Shown: positions 18,340 to 28,054 of the stretch, one piece after another
Position numbering within the stretch: position 1 is the stretch's first letter
Layout: each line of letters begins with the position of its first letter
Source of the DNA: an uncultured Alphaproteobacteria bacterium
Lineage (GTDB): Bacteria > Pseudomonadota > Alphaproteobacteria > Rs-D84
NCBI GenBank assembly: GCA_944392815.1
Contig: CALXXY010000006.1
Span: 1-34,711, forward strand
DNA length: 34,711 bases
Direction of reading: 5' to 3'
Position numbers and translations under genes: made by a program
The notes under the pieces: generated by a model
What the model was told of the DNA's origin: nothing
Database searches by the model: none
The model's input: only the letters and a program-made list of their open reading frames with translations

Positions 18340-18708
18340 ATGGCAAGGGTTAAACGCGGAACAACCGTTAAACAAAAACACAATAAAATATTGGCACGGG
18401 CCAAAGGTTATCTGGGCCGTCATCATTCGACATATCGTGCCGCCCGTGAAAAAACTGAAAAAGCGGGCCAGTACGCATATCGCGATCGTCGCGTGAAAAA
18501 ACGTGAATTTCGCGGTTTGTGGATTGTTCGTATTAATGCAGCCGTGCGCAGCAATGGTATGACATACAGCCAGTTTATGAATGGCCTGAAAAAGGCCGGC
18601 GTTGCATTGGACAGAAAAGTTCTGGCCGAAATGGCATATGCTGGTGACGCAAATTTCACAAAATTGGTTGAAACAGCAAAACGATTTATCGCCGCAGACG
18701 CTAAATAA
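18340..18708 (+). CDS. rplT: 50S ribosomal protein bL20
   Basis: MARVKRG...AKGY.G...YAYRDRR.KKREFR.LWI.RINAA...LDRKVLA. Confidence 0.98.
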   Translation: MARVKRGTTVKQKHNKILARAKGYLGRHHSTYRAAREKTEKAGQYAYRDRRVKKREFRGLWIVRINAAVRSNGMTYSQFMNGLKKAGVALDRKVLAEMAYAGDANFTKLVETAKRFIAADAK

Positions 18709-18740
18709 GGCCTTGGCGGCAGGTATTTTATTTTGTATTA

Positions 18741-18768
18741 TAAAAGCCGTCACATGACGGCTTTTATG
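18741..18768 (+). terminator. Terminator hairpin between rplT and pheS (possibly conditional)
   Basis: TAAAAGCCGTC-ACAT-GACGGCTTTTA. Confidence 0.75.
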
Positions 18769-18790
18769 TATTAAATAACGGGGTAATGTT

Positions 18791-19738
18791 ATGCAGGAAC
18801 AAATAAAAAACATTAATACACTGGAAGAATTACAATCATTGTACACGGCAACGTTTGGCAAAAACGGTACTATGACGGCCAAACTGAAAAATATGAAAAA
18901 TCTGGACAATGACGCGCGCGCGGAATTAAATCGTGAAAATACAGAACTGCGTGAATTGTTTAAAACGCGCCAGACGGAAATCGAAAACGCGGTCATGATG
19001 GCGGCACTGCAATCACAAAAATTGGACGTGACATTGGCGCCATTGCCTGAAAATCGTGGGACATTGCACCCGTTAACGCAAACATTGGCGGACGTATCGT
19101 CGATTTTGGAATCGTTTGGATATACAATGTGGACCGGACCCGAGGTCGAAGATGATTGGCATAATTTCACGGCATTAAATACCCCGGAATATCACCCTGC
19201 CCGTGATATGCAGGACACGTTTTTCCTGGAAAACGGCAATGTTATGCGTACGCAAACATCTGCGATTCAAATCCGCAGCATGGAAAAAATTGGTGCGCCA
19301 ATAAAAATGTTTGGTATTGGTGCCACATATCGCAAGGAAATGGACGCCACCCACAGCCCCATGTTTCATCAGATAGAGGGCCTGTACATAGATAAAAATA
19401 TAACTATGTCTGATTTGATTGCGGACGTACGTGAATTTTTGAAACGCTTTTTTGAAATGGACGATGTGAAATTGCGTATTCGTCCATCGTATTTCCCATT
19501 CACAGAACCCAGCATAGAAATAGATTTAATGTGGCAAAACAAAAAATGGCTGGAAATTATGGGGGCCGGCATGGTGCACCCGAATGTTTTGCGTAATTGC
19601 AATATTAATCCAGACGAATACCAGGGCTTTGCATTTGGATTTGGTTGGGACAGATTGGCGATGTTAAAATATGGTCTGAACGATATACGTCAATTTTATG
19701 ATGGCGATGTGCGCTGGCTGAAAAATACAGGTTTTTAA
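18791..19738 (+). CDS. pheS: Phenylalanine-tRNA ligase alpha subunit
   Basis: HPARDMQDTF, RTQTS, THSPMFHQIEG, RPSYFPFTEPS, GFAFGFG.DRLAML. Confidence 0.98.
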   Translation: MQEQIKNINTLEELQSLYTATFGKNGTMTAKLKNMKNLDNDARAELNRENTELRELFKTRQTEIENAVMMAALQSQKLDVTLAPLPENRGTLHPLTQTLADVSSILESFGYTMWTGPEVEDDWHNFTALNTPEYHPARDMQDTFFLENGNVMRTQTSAIQIRSMEKIGAPIKMFGIGATYRKEMDATHSPMFHQIEGLYIDKNITMSDLIADVREFLKRFFEMDDVKLRIRPSYFPFTEPSIEIDLMWQNKKWLEIMGAGMVHPNVLRNCNINPDEYQGFAFGFGWDRLAMLKYGLNDIRQFYDGDVRWLKNTGF

Positions 19739-19753
19739 TCGGGGGATAATAAA

Positions 19754-22057
19754 ATGAAATGGACATATGATTGGTTAACTGATTATTTAAAAACAGATTG
19801 CACGGCCGAGCAAATCGCCGATACATTGACACGCACCGGACTCGAGGTCGAAGATTTATCCGCACCAATCGCCCCGATTGCGGCAAAAATTGTTGAATGC
19901 AATCCAATGCCCAACAGCGATCATTTGCATATATTAATGGTTGATGATGGCACCGACACTTTGCGCCAGGTTGTCTGTGGCGCACCAAACGCACGTGTTG
20001 GATTAATATCTGCGTTGGCGTTGCCGGGTTGTGTGATTCAGGGCAATGAAATTCGTGCCGGAAAATTGCGTGGCGTTATGTCAAATGGCATGATGTGCAG
20101 TGCCGCTGAATTGGGTACGGGCGACGACAACAGTGGTATTATCGAATTGGATAAAAATACACCAATCGGCACGCCTGTTGTAAATGTGGAAACAGTATTT
20201 GATGCAGGCATCACCCCAAACCGTCCAGATTATCTGGCTGTGCGCGGCATTGCGCGTGATTTGTCTGCGTGTGGGGCCGGCGAATACATTGTACCGAACG
20301 ATGAATTATTAACACCGGTTAAATCGGCACGTGCTGTGCATATTAAAACGGACAAATGCCCTGTGTATCAGTTCTGTGAAATCCACGGAATTACGGTCAC
20401 GGACAGCAATCCAAAAATAAAATCACGACTGATGGCGATTGGTATTAATCCGAAAAATGCGCCCGTGGACACAACGAATTATATTTGCTATGACATGGCG
20501 CAGCCCATGCATTGCTTTGACGCGGACGAAATAGTTGGCGACATTACTGTACGTATGGCAACGCCCGGGGAACAATTCACAGACCTGTTTGGCGCAACCC
20601 ACGAATTAATTGATACAGATATGGTAATTGCTGACGAACGCGGCATATTGGCGTTGGCTGGTGTTGTTGGCGGTGCACGTGGCATGACAACCGACAAAAC
20701 CAAAAATATTATTTTGGAAAGTGCATATTTTAATCCTGTATCAGTGCGTAAAACATCAAAACGTTTGGGGATATCAACAGATTCATCATATCGTTATGAA
20801 CGCGGTATTGACCCAACAATCACAGGAATCGCACTGTCCCGCGCGGCTGGTATAATTATGGACGTGTGTGGCGGAACGATTGTCGGCACAGGAATCGGTG
20901 GTGAAATTCCATGTGCAACGCATGAAATTGAATATACACCTGATTTATTTGAATGTAAAACAGGCGTTAATATGCCCGCGCAAACCCAGCGTGAAATATT
21001 ACAAAAACTGGGATTTGATATTCGTGAATCAAATCAAGTGTGGTACATCACACCACGGCCTGCGCGCGTAGATGTCGTGATTGCTGAAAATATAGTATCT
21101 GAATTAATTCGTATATATGGATACGATAATATTGCGCGCGTCGCTGTGCATAAACCATCTGACAGTGCCGCACATCATGATTATTATATTAACACCAAAC
21201 GTGAATTGGCCGCCCGTGGTTTGAACGAGGTTAAATCATTCGGATTCGGCAATTCCAAAACAGAATCATTGCTGTCGGACGCGCCAATTGTAAAAATTGC
21301 AAATCCAATTGTGAACGACATGGATACAGCGCGAAATACTCTGTTGGGCAATATGCTGGAATTCGTACGCAATAATGAAAAACGTGGATACCCAGATTTA
21401 AATTTATTTGAATTGGGTACAGTGTTTGATGGTGACGCGCCCGGGGCACAACACACACAAATCTGCATTGTGCGCACGGGTGACACGGCCCCACGTCATT
21501 GGACTGGGCGCAATCGTGCCAGCGATATATATGATGTGAAATCAGATTTAATTGCATTGTTGCACGGTCAAAATTTCACAGTCACAACTGATAATCCGCC
21601 ACGTTGGGCGCACCCATTCAGATACGGTGCCATATACCAGGGCAAAGGTAAAATTGCTGAATTCGGCGAATTATCACCAATTGTTGCACATGCGTTGAAA
21701 ATTAAAACACGCGTAAATGTTGCAATCGTTGAAAATGCAGACAATTTGCCGTCTGCGCGCAAAGTGCACGATCCCATATTATCGGAATTTCAACCGATAA
21801 CACGCGATTTTGCATTTATTGTGGACACAGATACCCCGGCCGAAAAATTAACATCTGTGGCACGCGGCACAGATGCGCGTATATCGGACGTGGTTGTATT
21901 TGATGCGTTTGATTTACAGAACGGTAAAAAATCCATCGCGTTTACAATAACTATTACGCCGATGGAAAAAATGTCTGATTCTGATTTACAGAATTTGCAA
22001 ACAAACGTTATCGCGAACGTAGAAAAAAAATGCAACGCACAAATCCGCGATAAATAG
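19754..22057 (+). CDS. pheT: Phenylalanine-tRNA ligase beta subunit
   Basis: GLEVE, VVCGAPN, TPNRPD, QPMH.FD, RYERG.D, C-terminal FDX-ACB domain (RDFAF, KKSIAF). Confidence 0.97.
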   Translation: MKWTYDWLTDYLKTDCTAEQIADTLTRTGLEVEDLSAPIAPIAAKIVECNPMPNSDHLHILMVDDGTDTLRQVVCGAPNARVGLISALALPGCVIQGNEIRAGKLRGVMSNGMMCSAAELGTGDDNSGIIELDKNTPIGTPVVNVETVFDAGITPNRPDYLAVRGIARDLSACGAGEYIVPNDELLTPVKSARAVHIKTDKCPVYQFCEIHGITVTDSNPKIKSRLMAIGINPKNAPVDTTNYICYDMAQPMHCFDADEIVGDITVRMATPGEQFTDLFGATHELIDTDMVIADERGILALAGVVGGARGMTTDKTKNIILESAYFNPVSVRKTSKRLGISTDSSYRYERGIDPTITGIALSRAAGIIMDVCGGTIVGTGIGGEIPCATHEIEYTPDLFECKTGVNMPAQTQREILQKLGFDIRESNQVWYITPRPARVDVVIAENIVSELIRIYGYDNIARVAVHKPSDSAAHHDYYINTKRELAARGLNEVKSFGFGNSKTESLLSDAPIVKIANPIVNDMDTARNTLLGNMLEFVRNNEKRGYPDLNLFELGTVFDGDAPGAQHTQICIVRTGDTAPRHWTGRNRASDIYDVKSDLIALLHGQNFTVTTDNPPRWAHPFRYGAIYQGKGKIAEFGELSPIVAHALKIKTRVNVAIVENADNLPSARKVHDPILSEFQPITRDFAFIVDTDTPAEKLTSVARGTDARISDVVVFDAFDLQNGKKSIAFTITITPMEKMSDSDLQNLQTNVIANVEKKCNAQIRDK

Positions 22058-22067
22058 GGATTCTTGC

Positions 22068-22114
22068 CTGTTGTATATATGCGATATGCTCGATATATTG
22101 CAAATATACAACAG
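22068..22114. repeat. 20-bp imperfect inverted repeat abutting the RBS of the first OMP gene
   Basis: CTGTTGTATATATGCGATAT-(7 nt)-ATATTGCAAATATACAACAG, 18/20 complementary. Confidence 0.8.
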
Positions 22115-22124
22115 GGGGGAAAAA

Positions 22125-22859
22125 TTGAAAAAATATTTATTTTTAATTCCAGCAATATTTGCATGCGCACCAGCAATCGCAAATGATATGAATCCGTATT
22201 TTAAATTAATGCTGACGGGGTCAGTTGTAAACAACGATTTAAATGTTGTTGGCGATTATTCGTTTGGCGGCGTGACGCATTATATAAACACTATGTCAGA
22301 TGACACGCACAGTGACTTTGCATTTGGTGTAAATACCGGATTTGGTGTAAAAATGGATTTGCCATGCGGCGGCGCATTACGTATGGATTTAACATTTGAT
22401 TGGACGGCCGATGCCACAGACAATAATGATTTTGATTTTGCAGTAAAAACACCATATACACATAATTTCGAATCGACTACATCTATGTACGATATTATGT
22501 TGAATATGTATTACGATTTTACAAATCGCAGTCCATTCACACCATTTATTATGGCGGGCCTGGGTTATGGTCATATGAAAATAGAAACTTTGACCACAGG
22601 CACAATCAAATCACCGGGTGATTTGAATATCGCGACCGACATGAAATCTGATAATTTTATATGGAATATTGGCGCGGGCGTGTCATACAGAATGTCTGAT
22701 AATATATCAATTGATTTGATGTACAGATACACAGATTACCAGGACACAAATAAAAATATGTCGTTAATGGTACTGGGCCTGGGGGCACCAATGATGGTTG
22801 ACGCAGATTTCGACGTCAGCAAACATGAATTTATGCTGGGTATGCGATACGCATTTTAA
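22125..22859 (+). CDS. Outer membrane beta-barrel protein (opacity/porin, OMP_b-brl-like)
   Basis: TTG start after GGGGGA RBS, signal peptide, N.YYDF....FTPFI.AGLGY, WNIGAGVSY, DLMYRY, C-terminal G.RYAF. Confidence 0.88.
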   Translation: MKKYLFLIPAIFACAPAIANDMNPYFKLMLTGSVVNNDLNVVGDYSFGGVTHYINTMSDDTHSDFAFGVNTGFGVKMDLPCGGALRMDLTFDWTADATDNNDFDFAVKTPYTHNFESTTSMYDIMLNMYYDFTNRSPFTPFIMAGLGYGHMKIETLTTGTIKSPGDLNIATDMKSDNFIWNIGAGVSYRMSDNISIDLMYRYTDYQDTNKNMSLMVLGLGAPMMVDADFDVSKHEFMLGMRYAF

Positions 22860-22862
22860 CAT

Positions 22863-22895
22863 AAAAAACACCGGTAAATACCGGTGTTTTTTTTT
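22863..22895. terminator. Bidirectional terminator between the convergent OMP genes
   Basis: AAAAAACACCGGTA-AA-TACCGGTGTTTTTTTTT. Confidence 0.85.
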
Positions 22896-22914
22896 ACCAC
22901 AAGGATACAGGTAT

Positions 22915-23649
22915 TTAAAATGTATACCGTGCACCCAACATGAATTCATGTGTTGCGATATCGAAATCGGCATCGACTGGCAAAATTGCTTTCAACCCAA
23001 TGATGTTTAATTCGCCATTTGCGTCCACTGAACCATAGTTTGTATAACGATACATCAAATCAATGGCCAGGTTTTCTGTTAATTCATACGCAACACCGGC
23101 ACCAACGCCCCATACGAAATTATCGGCATTAATATCTTTGGAAATATCAATGACACCATAGTCTGATATACCCGCAGCAGCGGTACTCAGTGCGATGTGT
23201 CCATACCCCAATCCCGCGGTCAGGAACGGCACAAAACTGGTTCCTGTGTCAAAATCATAATACAGGTTAAACATTACATCATACAGTGATGTTGTTGATT
23301 CGAAATTATGCACATACGGCTTTTTTACTTCAAAATAGAAATCATTGCCGTCTGTTGCATCAGATTTCCAATCGAACGCAAATTCACCACGCAGTGCACC
23401 ATAGCCCAAATCCAGTTTTGCACCAATTGCCGCATTTGCGCCAAATGCAAAATCACTGTGTGTTTCATCGGCCAGGGTGTTCACATAATGCGAAACGCCA
23501 CTGGACGAATAATCGGAAATAACCGTCATATCGTTATTCACCACGGAACCAGTCAGACGCAGTGCAGCATATGGACTGATTTCAAATGCCATCGCAGGCG
23601 CGCTGGCCATTGCAACACCCATACCGATCAAAGCAAATGATTTTTTCAT
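22915..23649 (-). CDS. Outer membrane beta-barrel protein, paralogue of 22125-22859
   Basis: ATG 23649 after AAGGGG RBS, signal peptide (AMA), same barrel motifs, C-terminal GARYTF. Confidence 0.9.
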   Translation of the reverse strand: MKKSFALIGMGVAMASAPAMAFEISPYAALRLTGSVVNNDMTVISDYSSSGVSHYVNTLADETHSDFAFGANAAIGAKLDLGYGALRGEFAFDWKSDATDGNDFYFEVKKPYVHNFESTTSLYDVMFNLYYDFDTGTSFVPFLTAGLGYGHIALSTAAAGISDYGVIDISKDINADNFVWGVGAGVAYELTENLAIDLMYRYTNYGSVDANGELNIIGLKAILPVDADFDIATHEFMLGARYTF

Positions 23650-23676
23650 GTTTAACCCCTTGTTTTGTATTTTGTT

Positions 23677-23855
23677 AAACAAAACCGCACAAATTATTTT
23701 GGGCGGTTGGAGGTTAACGACAATGTTTCGGTATTGTGTTGCTTATTCAGTACACTCACAACCATCCAACCACGTGTTGGAGAATTTCGTCCGCATGTCG
23801 CGAACGCCGAAACCACAGGGTCGTTACACCCCGCCACGGGAACACCCCGTGACGT
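23677..23855 (-). ncRNA. Unclassified structured RNA (sRNA or cis-regulatory leader of the OMP gene)
   Basis: GC-rich intergenic block with at least five helices and G-U pairs favouring the minus strand; upstream TTGTGT-16-TATATT promoter with extended -10; ends in a hairpin plus U tract. Confidence 0.65.
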
Positions 23856-23899
23856 TATTTAATATACCACAAAGGAATATAAACACAACAATAAAAATC

Positions 23900-24550
23900 C
23901 TAGGCATACTTGCACCAGCGTGCAACCGGGCATTCATTGCATTTCGGACGAATTGCCCGACAAATATACCGGCCATGTAAAACCATTACATGATTTACAA
24001 TCGGGTGATATTTTTTTGGAATAATTTTTAATAATTGTTCTTCGACCTTTTCGGGGGTATTCGCGTCTGCGCCAACCCAACCATATCTGTGTGCGTTGCG
24101 AAAAACATGGGTGTCCACCCCTATGTTCGGCGCACCCCACAACACATTCATAATAACATTGGCCGTTTTTTGACCGATGCCGGGCAATTTCATCAATGCG
24201 TCACGATTATGATATTTTTTTGGAAATTTATAATTGTCATCTGCGCCGCCGCCATCATTCATTAATACCGCGGCCAACCCCATAATACTTTTCGCTTTGT
24301 TATTAAAAAAAGACAACACACGAATATGCTGTTTTAATCCATCTTCGCCAATGGCAATCATTTTCGCGGGTGATGGCGCCACACGAAATAATTCCGGTGT
24401 CACTTCGTTAACTTTTTTATCAGTCGCCTGGGCCGACAAAATCACCGCCACCGCAAAAGTAAATTCATTCACGGAATACAGTTCCGACCGTATGTTCATA
24501 TTAATAACAGTCGGAACATATTTAAAATAAATTTCTGGTGTCAGTTCCAT
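23900..24550 (-). CDS. nth: Endonuclease III
   Basis: ILSAQATD, HhH motif LPGIGQKTAN, VDTHV.R, [4Fe-4S] motif C.AIRPKC..CP....C. Confidence 0.95.
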   Translation of the reverse strand: MELTPEIYFKYVPTVINMNIRSELYSVNEFTFAVAVILSAQATDKKVNEVTPELFRVAPSPAKMIAIGEDGLKQHIRVLSFFNNKAKSIMGLAAVLMNDGGGADDNYKFPKKYHNRDALMKLPGIGQKTANVIMNVLWGAPNIGVDTHVFRNAHRYGWVGADANTPEKVEEQLLKIIPKKYHPIVNHVMVLHGRYICRAIRPKCNECPVARWCKYA

Positions 24551-24553
24551 CAA

Positions 24554-24937
24554 TTATTCAGAAAATTTAAATCCAGCCAGGCGCCCTTCGCATAATTTTT
24601 GACAATCTGTATTGCAAATATTACGTACCTCGTCCGCGGTGTCGCCTGTTAATTCAACGGTATCAACCCATATGTTTTTATGTGTGGCGTCCGATGCAAA
24701 GCACATACAGCGTGCAGTATATGTTTCGCTGTTTGTTTTTTCGTCACGGACGACCTGGCCATTAATTGATTCGAAATCAGATGAAAAACTTTTGGTGACA
24801 CCAATTCCCGCACATTGCGACGTAATCGTCACAGTTTTTTCATCTGTGTCCAATGTGCCGACATAAAAACCAGCCATAAACACCAACAACACACCAATAA
24901 TTCCAAATAACCAATGCAAAGAACTGTGTATATGCAT
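24554..24937 (-). CDS. Hypothetical membrane-anchored Cys-rich protein
   Basis: 127 aa, one N-terminal TM helix, six Cys, AGGGG RBS; lies in the ileS-nth operon. Confidence 0.7.
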   Translation of the reverse strand: MHIHSSLHWLFGIIGVLLVFMAGFYVGTLDTDEKTVTITSQCAGIGVTKSFSSDFESINGQVVRDEKTNSETYTARCMCFASDATHKNIWVDTVELTGDTADEVRNICNTDCQKLCEGRLAGFKFSE

Positions 24938-24951
24938 GATTTTCCCCTTTG

Positions 24952-27900
24952 TTATGCTTTTTCTATTGCGATTGATAAATCGTATCCTTCGATGGTTGTA
25001 TTATACACACCATTTTCGTTTTGCGACATATTTTTTATTAATGCGTCACGCATAATACGGTCGCGATGCTGTTCAATCGCCGCCGCCAATGCAGGCGTGG
25101 CATTATACATCAAATTAATACGGTCAGACACGTCCAGCCCCATTGTTTTGCGTGTGTCCTGGATAAATCGCAATGCGTCATTTGCCAATCCTTCGGCAAC
25201 AAGGTCGGCTGTCACATCTGTGTCAATAACCACAACGGCCGTATTATCCGGTAATGCCGCACCGGTAATACCATCACGCACAGTTAAACGATTTTCAAAT
25301 TCGTCCGCATTCAATGTGTATTCACCAACAACCAGTGTATCGCCCGAAATCGTGTATTCACCGCGTTTTACAGCCGGGATAATTTCACGCAATGCGCCAC
25401 CCAAACGCGCACCAATTTTCGGTGTGATTAAATATATAAATGCGTCGGCAACACTGGATACATCACGCACAAATTCCACAGATTTAACATTTAATTCATC
25501 ACGAATAATGTCCGAGTATTCGGATAAATCGGCCCCCGCCACGGTCATATGTGCCAATGGCAAACGGTTGCGCAATTTGTATTGTTCGCGCAATTGTTTT
25601 CCAACCGACACAACAGATTGCACGCGCCGCATATCAGTCACAATTTGTTTGTCGTAATCCATCGCGGCCGGGAAAGTTTGCAAATGCACACTGTCGCCAC
25701 CCGTTAAATTACGCCAAATGTATTCAGAAATAAACGGTGCAAATGGCGCCAACGCGCGGCACAGCGTGGTCAACACTGAATACAATGTATTAAACGCGTC
25801 CTGGTCTTCGTCCCAAAATCTTTCGCGACTGCGACGAATATACCAGTTATTTAACACGTCCAGGAATCGCACAAATTCTTTGATTGCCACATCGGGCTTG
25901 TATTCGTCCAGTGCCGCACCAACAACTGAAATTAATTCATTTAATTCCGCGATAATATATTTATCCAACGCGTTTTCAGATGCAGCACCACTTTGCGCAA
26001 CGATATTTCCCGCATTTGCATATAACGTAAAGAAATGATACGCATTCCACAGCGGCGTTAATATAGTTTTTGTTGATTCAGCAAAAACTTTGCCGGCCAT
26101 ATCGATACCAACCGGTTCGGCTTTCAAAAAATTCGACCCCAGTATAAATAAACGCACTGCGTCCGCACCGCACTTTTCGATTTGTTCAGACGGGTCTGTA
26201 AAATTCCCCAATGATTTAGATAATTTTTTCTTGTTATCATCTACAACCATTCCATTCACAGACACTGTTTTAAACGCAGGACTGTCGAACAACGCGGTCG
26301 CCAAAACCATCAGCGAATAAAACCAACCACGCGTTTGATCTTGGCCTTCTATAATATAATCTGCCGGGAAAGTTGCATTAAATTTGTCTGCGTTTTCGAA
26401 CGGATAATGCAATGACGCCCACGGCATAGACCCAGATTCCACCCAGCAATCTAAAACATCTGGAATACGTGTCCAGCCGTCTTTTTCCAATTTATCCAAC
26501 GTTGGCCGATGCAGGTCATCGATTTTCACGCCAAAAAAATCCTCGATTTCTTTGACAGAACCAAAAACTTTGTATTCGCCGTCACGCACCCATATTGGCA
26601 GTGGTGTTCCCCAAAAACGATTGCGCGACACAGACCATGGGCGTGCACCCTCTATCCACGTGCGGAAACGTTCGCCGGCCGACGTCCAACGTACTTTTTT
26701 GTTATTTTCAATTAATTTTTCGCGGATTTTTGGCACATCGATATACCAAGAATCGGTCGCGCGATAAATTAATTTTTCTTTACTACGTGGCCCATACGGA
26801 TATGAATGTTTGTGTTGTTCTTTTTTAACCAAATGTCCATTTTCACGCAGGTGCTGAATTATTTTCGGATTAGCCACGAATATATTTTCGCCCGCCCAAT
26901 CACGCACGGTATTATCAAAATTTCCATAATCGTCCACGTTTAAAATCACGGGAAACGCCGCATCAATATTTTTGGCTGCCCAAAAATCATCTTCGCCATA
27001 TGCAGGCGCTATGTGCACAATTCCGGTACCATCGGCGTCCGATACATAATCGGCCGGGATAATTTTGTATAATAAATCAGACACGCCCGCATAGTAATCA
27101 AACAATGGCGTATATTTTTTCCCAACCAAATCAGTGCCCATAATTTCACCGATTTTTTCGGCGTTTTCAAATTGTTTGGCATACGCGGCCAGTCGCGATT
27201 CAGCAATGATATACACCGCGCCATCACTGTCACGCATACGCAGATATTTCATACCTGGATTTACCGCCAGCGCAGAATTCGCCGGCAATGTCCACGGCGT
27301 TGTTGTCCATGCCAACGCGCGTTCGCCTGTTTCCAATTCAAACCAAACAGTAATCGCGTCATCGACAACGTCCATGTATTCACTTGACGCCTCGGAATTG
27401 GATAACACAGTACCCAGTTTCCAATCATATGGATTTACGCGATAATCTTTGTACAATAAACCGCGATTATATAATTCCTTGATCGCCCACATCACGGATT
27501 CCATATAGTTTTTATCCATGGTGCGATATCCGTATCCATCACCAACATCAACCCAGCGGCCAATACGTTCAATAAATTTTTCCCATTCGTGCGTATATAT
27601 TAAAATATCAGACCGGCACATATCGCAAAATGCGTCAATACCCTGCTGTGCAACGATATCTTTGGCCTGTTTGCCCTGTTTTTTTTCAACAGAATTTTCG
27701 GCGGGCAAACCATGACAGTCCCAACCCAATTCGCGCACAACATGACGCCCGCGCATAGTTTGATAACGTCCAACCATATCTTTGACGGCGGACACACCCA
27801 AATGCCCCCAGTGCGGCAAACCATTTCCAAACGGTGGCCCGTCATAGAACGAAAACGGGTGTCCTAATTTAGTTTGATTTAACGATTTATGAAAAGTATC

Positions 27901-27978
27901 ATCATTGCGCCAAAACGTCAGGACTTCGTGTTCCAACGCTGGGAAATCTGCCTTGGGTTCTGTTTTGCGATATGCCAT
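24952..27978 (-). CDS. ileS: Isoleucine-tRNA ligase, type 2
   Basis: DGPPF.NGLPHWGH, GWDCHGLP, WTTTPWTLP, SRNRFWGTP, EGQDQTRGWFY, KLSKS; long type-2 C-terminus without a Zn finger. Start reassigned to ATG 27978 (GGAG RBS). Confidence 0.97.
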   Translation of the reverse strand: MAYRKTEPKADFPALEHEVLTFWRNDDTFHKSLNQTKLGHPFSFYDGPPFGNGLPHWGHLGVSAVKDMVGRYQTMRGRHVVRELGWDCHGLPAENSVEKKQGKQAKDIVAQQGIDAFCDMCRSDILIYTHEWEKFIERIGRWVDVGDGYGYRTMDKNYMESVMWAIKELYNRGLLYKDYRVNPYDWKLGTVLSNSEASSEYMDVVDDAITVWFELETGERALAWTTTPWTLPANSALAVNPGMKYLRMRDSDGAVYIIAESRLAAYAKQFENAEKIGEIMGTDLVGKKYTPLFDYYAGVSDLLYKIIPADYVSDADGTGIVHIAPAYGEDDFWAAKNIDAAFPVILNVDDYGNFDNTVRDWAGENIFVANPKIIQHLRENGHLVKKEQHKHSYPYGPRSKEKLIYRATDSWYIDVPKIREKLIENNKKVRWTSAGERFRTWIEGARPWSVSRNRFWGTPLPIWVRDGEYKVFGSVKEIEDFFGVKIDDLHRPTLDKLEKDGWTRIPDVLDCWVESGSMPWASLHYPFENADKFNATFPADYIIEGQDQTRGWFYSLMVLATALFDSPAFKTVSVNGMVVDDNKKKLSKSLGNFTDPSEQIEKCGADAVRLFILGSNFLKAEPVGIDMAGKVFAESTKTILTPLWNAYHFFTLYANAGNIVAQSGAASENALDKYIIAELNELISVVGAALDEYKPDVAIKEFVRFLDVLNNWYIRRSRERFWDEDQDAFNTLYSVLTTLCRALAPFAPFISEYIWRNLTGGDSVHLQTFPAAMDYDKQIVTDMRRVQSVVSVGKQLREQYKLRNRLPLAHMTVAGADLSEYSDIIRDELNVKSVEFVRDVSSVADAFIYLITPKIGARLGGALREIIPAVKRGEYTISGDTLVVGEYTLNADEFENRLTVRDGITGAALPDNTAVVVIDTDVTADLVAEGLANDALRFIQDTRKTMGLDVSDRINLMYNATPALAAAIEQHRDRIMRDALIKNMSQNENGVYNTTIEGYDLSIAIEKA

Positions 27979-28002
27979 GTTTGTGCACTCCATTGCTATT
28001 AT

Positions 28003-28025
28003 AAAAAACGGGCGCCCATGCGCCC
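28003..28025 (-). terminator. Attenuator terminator upstream of ileS
   Basis: GGGCGC-ATGG-GCGCCC-GTTTTTT on the minus strand, ending about 25 nt before the ileS start. Confidence 0.8.
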
Positions 28026-28054
28026 CAGCCACGTGCAGAAGCGCATGTGCCAGT

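Noticed and set aside
18709-18790. Separate pheM-type Phe-rich leader peptide
   Set aside because: No start codon with a Phe run positioned upstream of the terminator in this gap.
18268-19170. 300-aa minus-strand ORF
   Set aside because: Antisense to rpmI, rplT and pheS with no motifs; shadow ORF like most short ORFs in the track.
23778-23822. Glycine riboswitch (GGAGA...CGCCGAA on the plus strand)
   Set aside because: Lacks the downstream CTCAGG element, has no plus-strand gene to control, and G-U pairs and the promoter favour the minus strand.
27979-28032. 18-aa N-terminal extension of IleRS, or a T-box leader
   Set aside because: The extension runs through the terminator and the RBS fits ATG 27978; there is no T-box consensus and no room for stem I.
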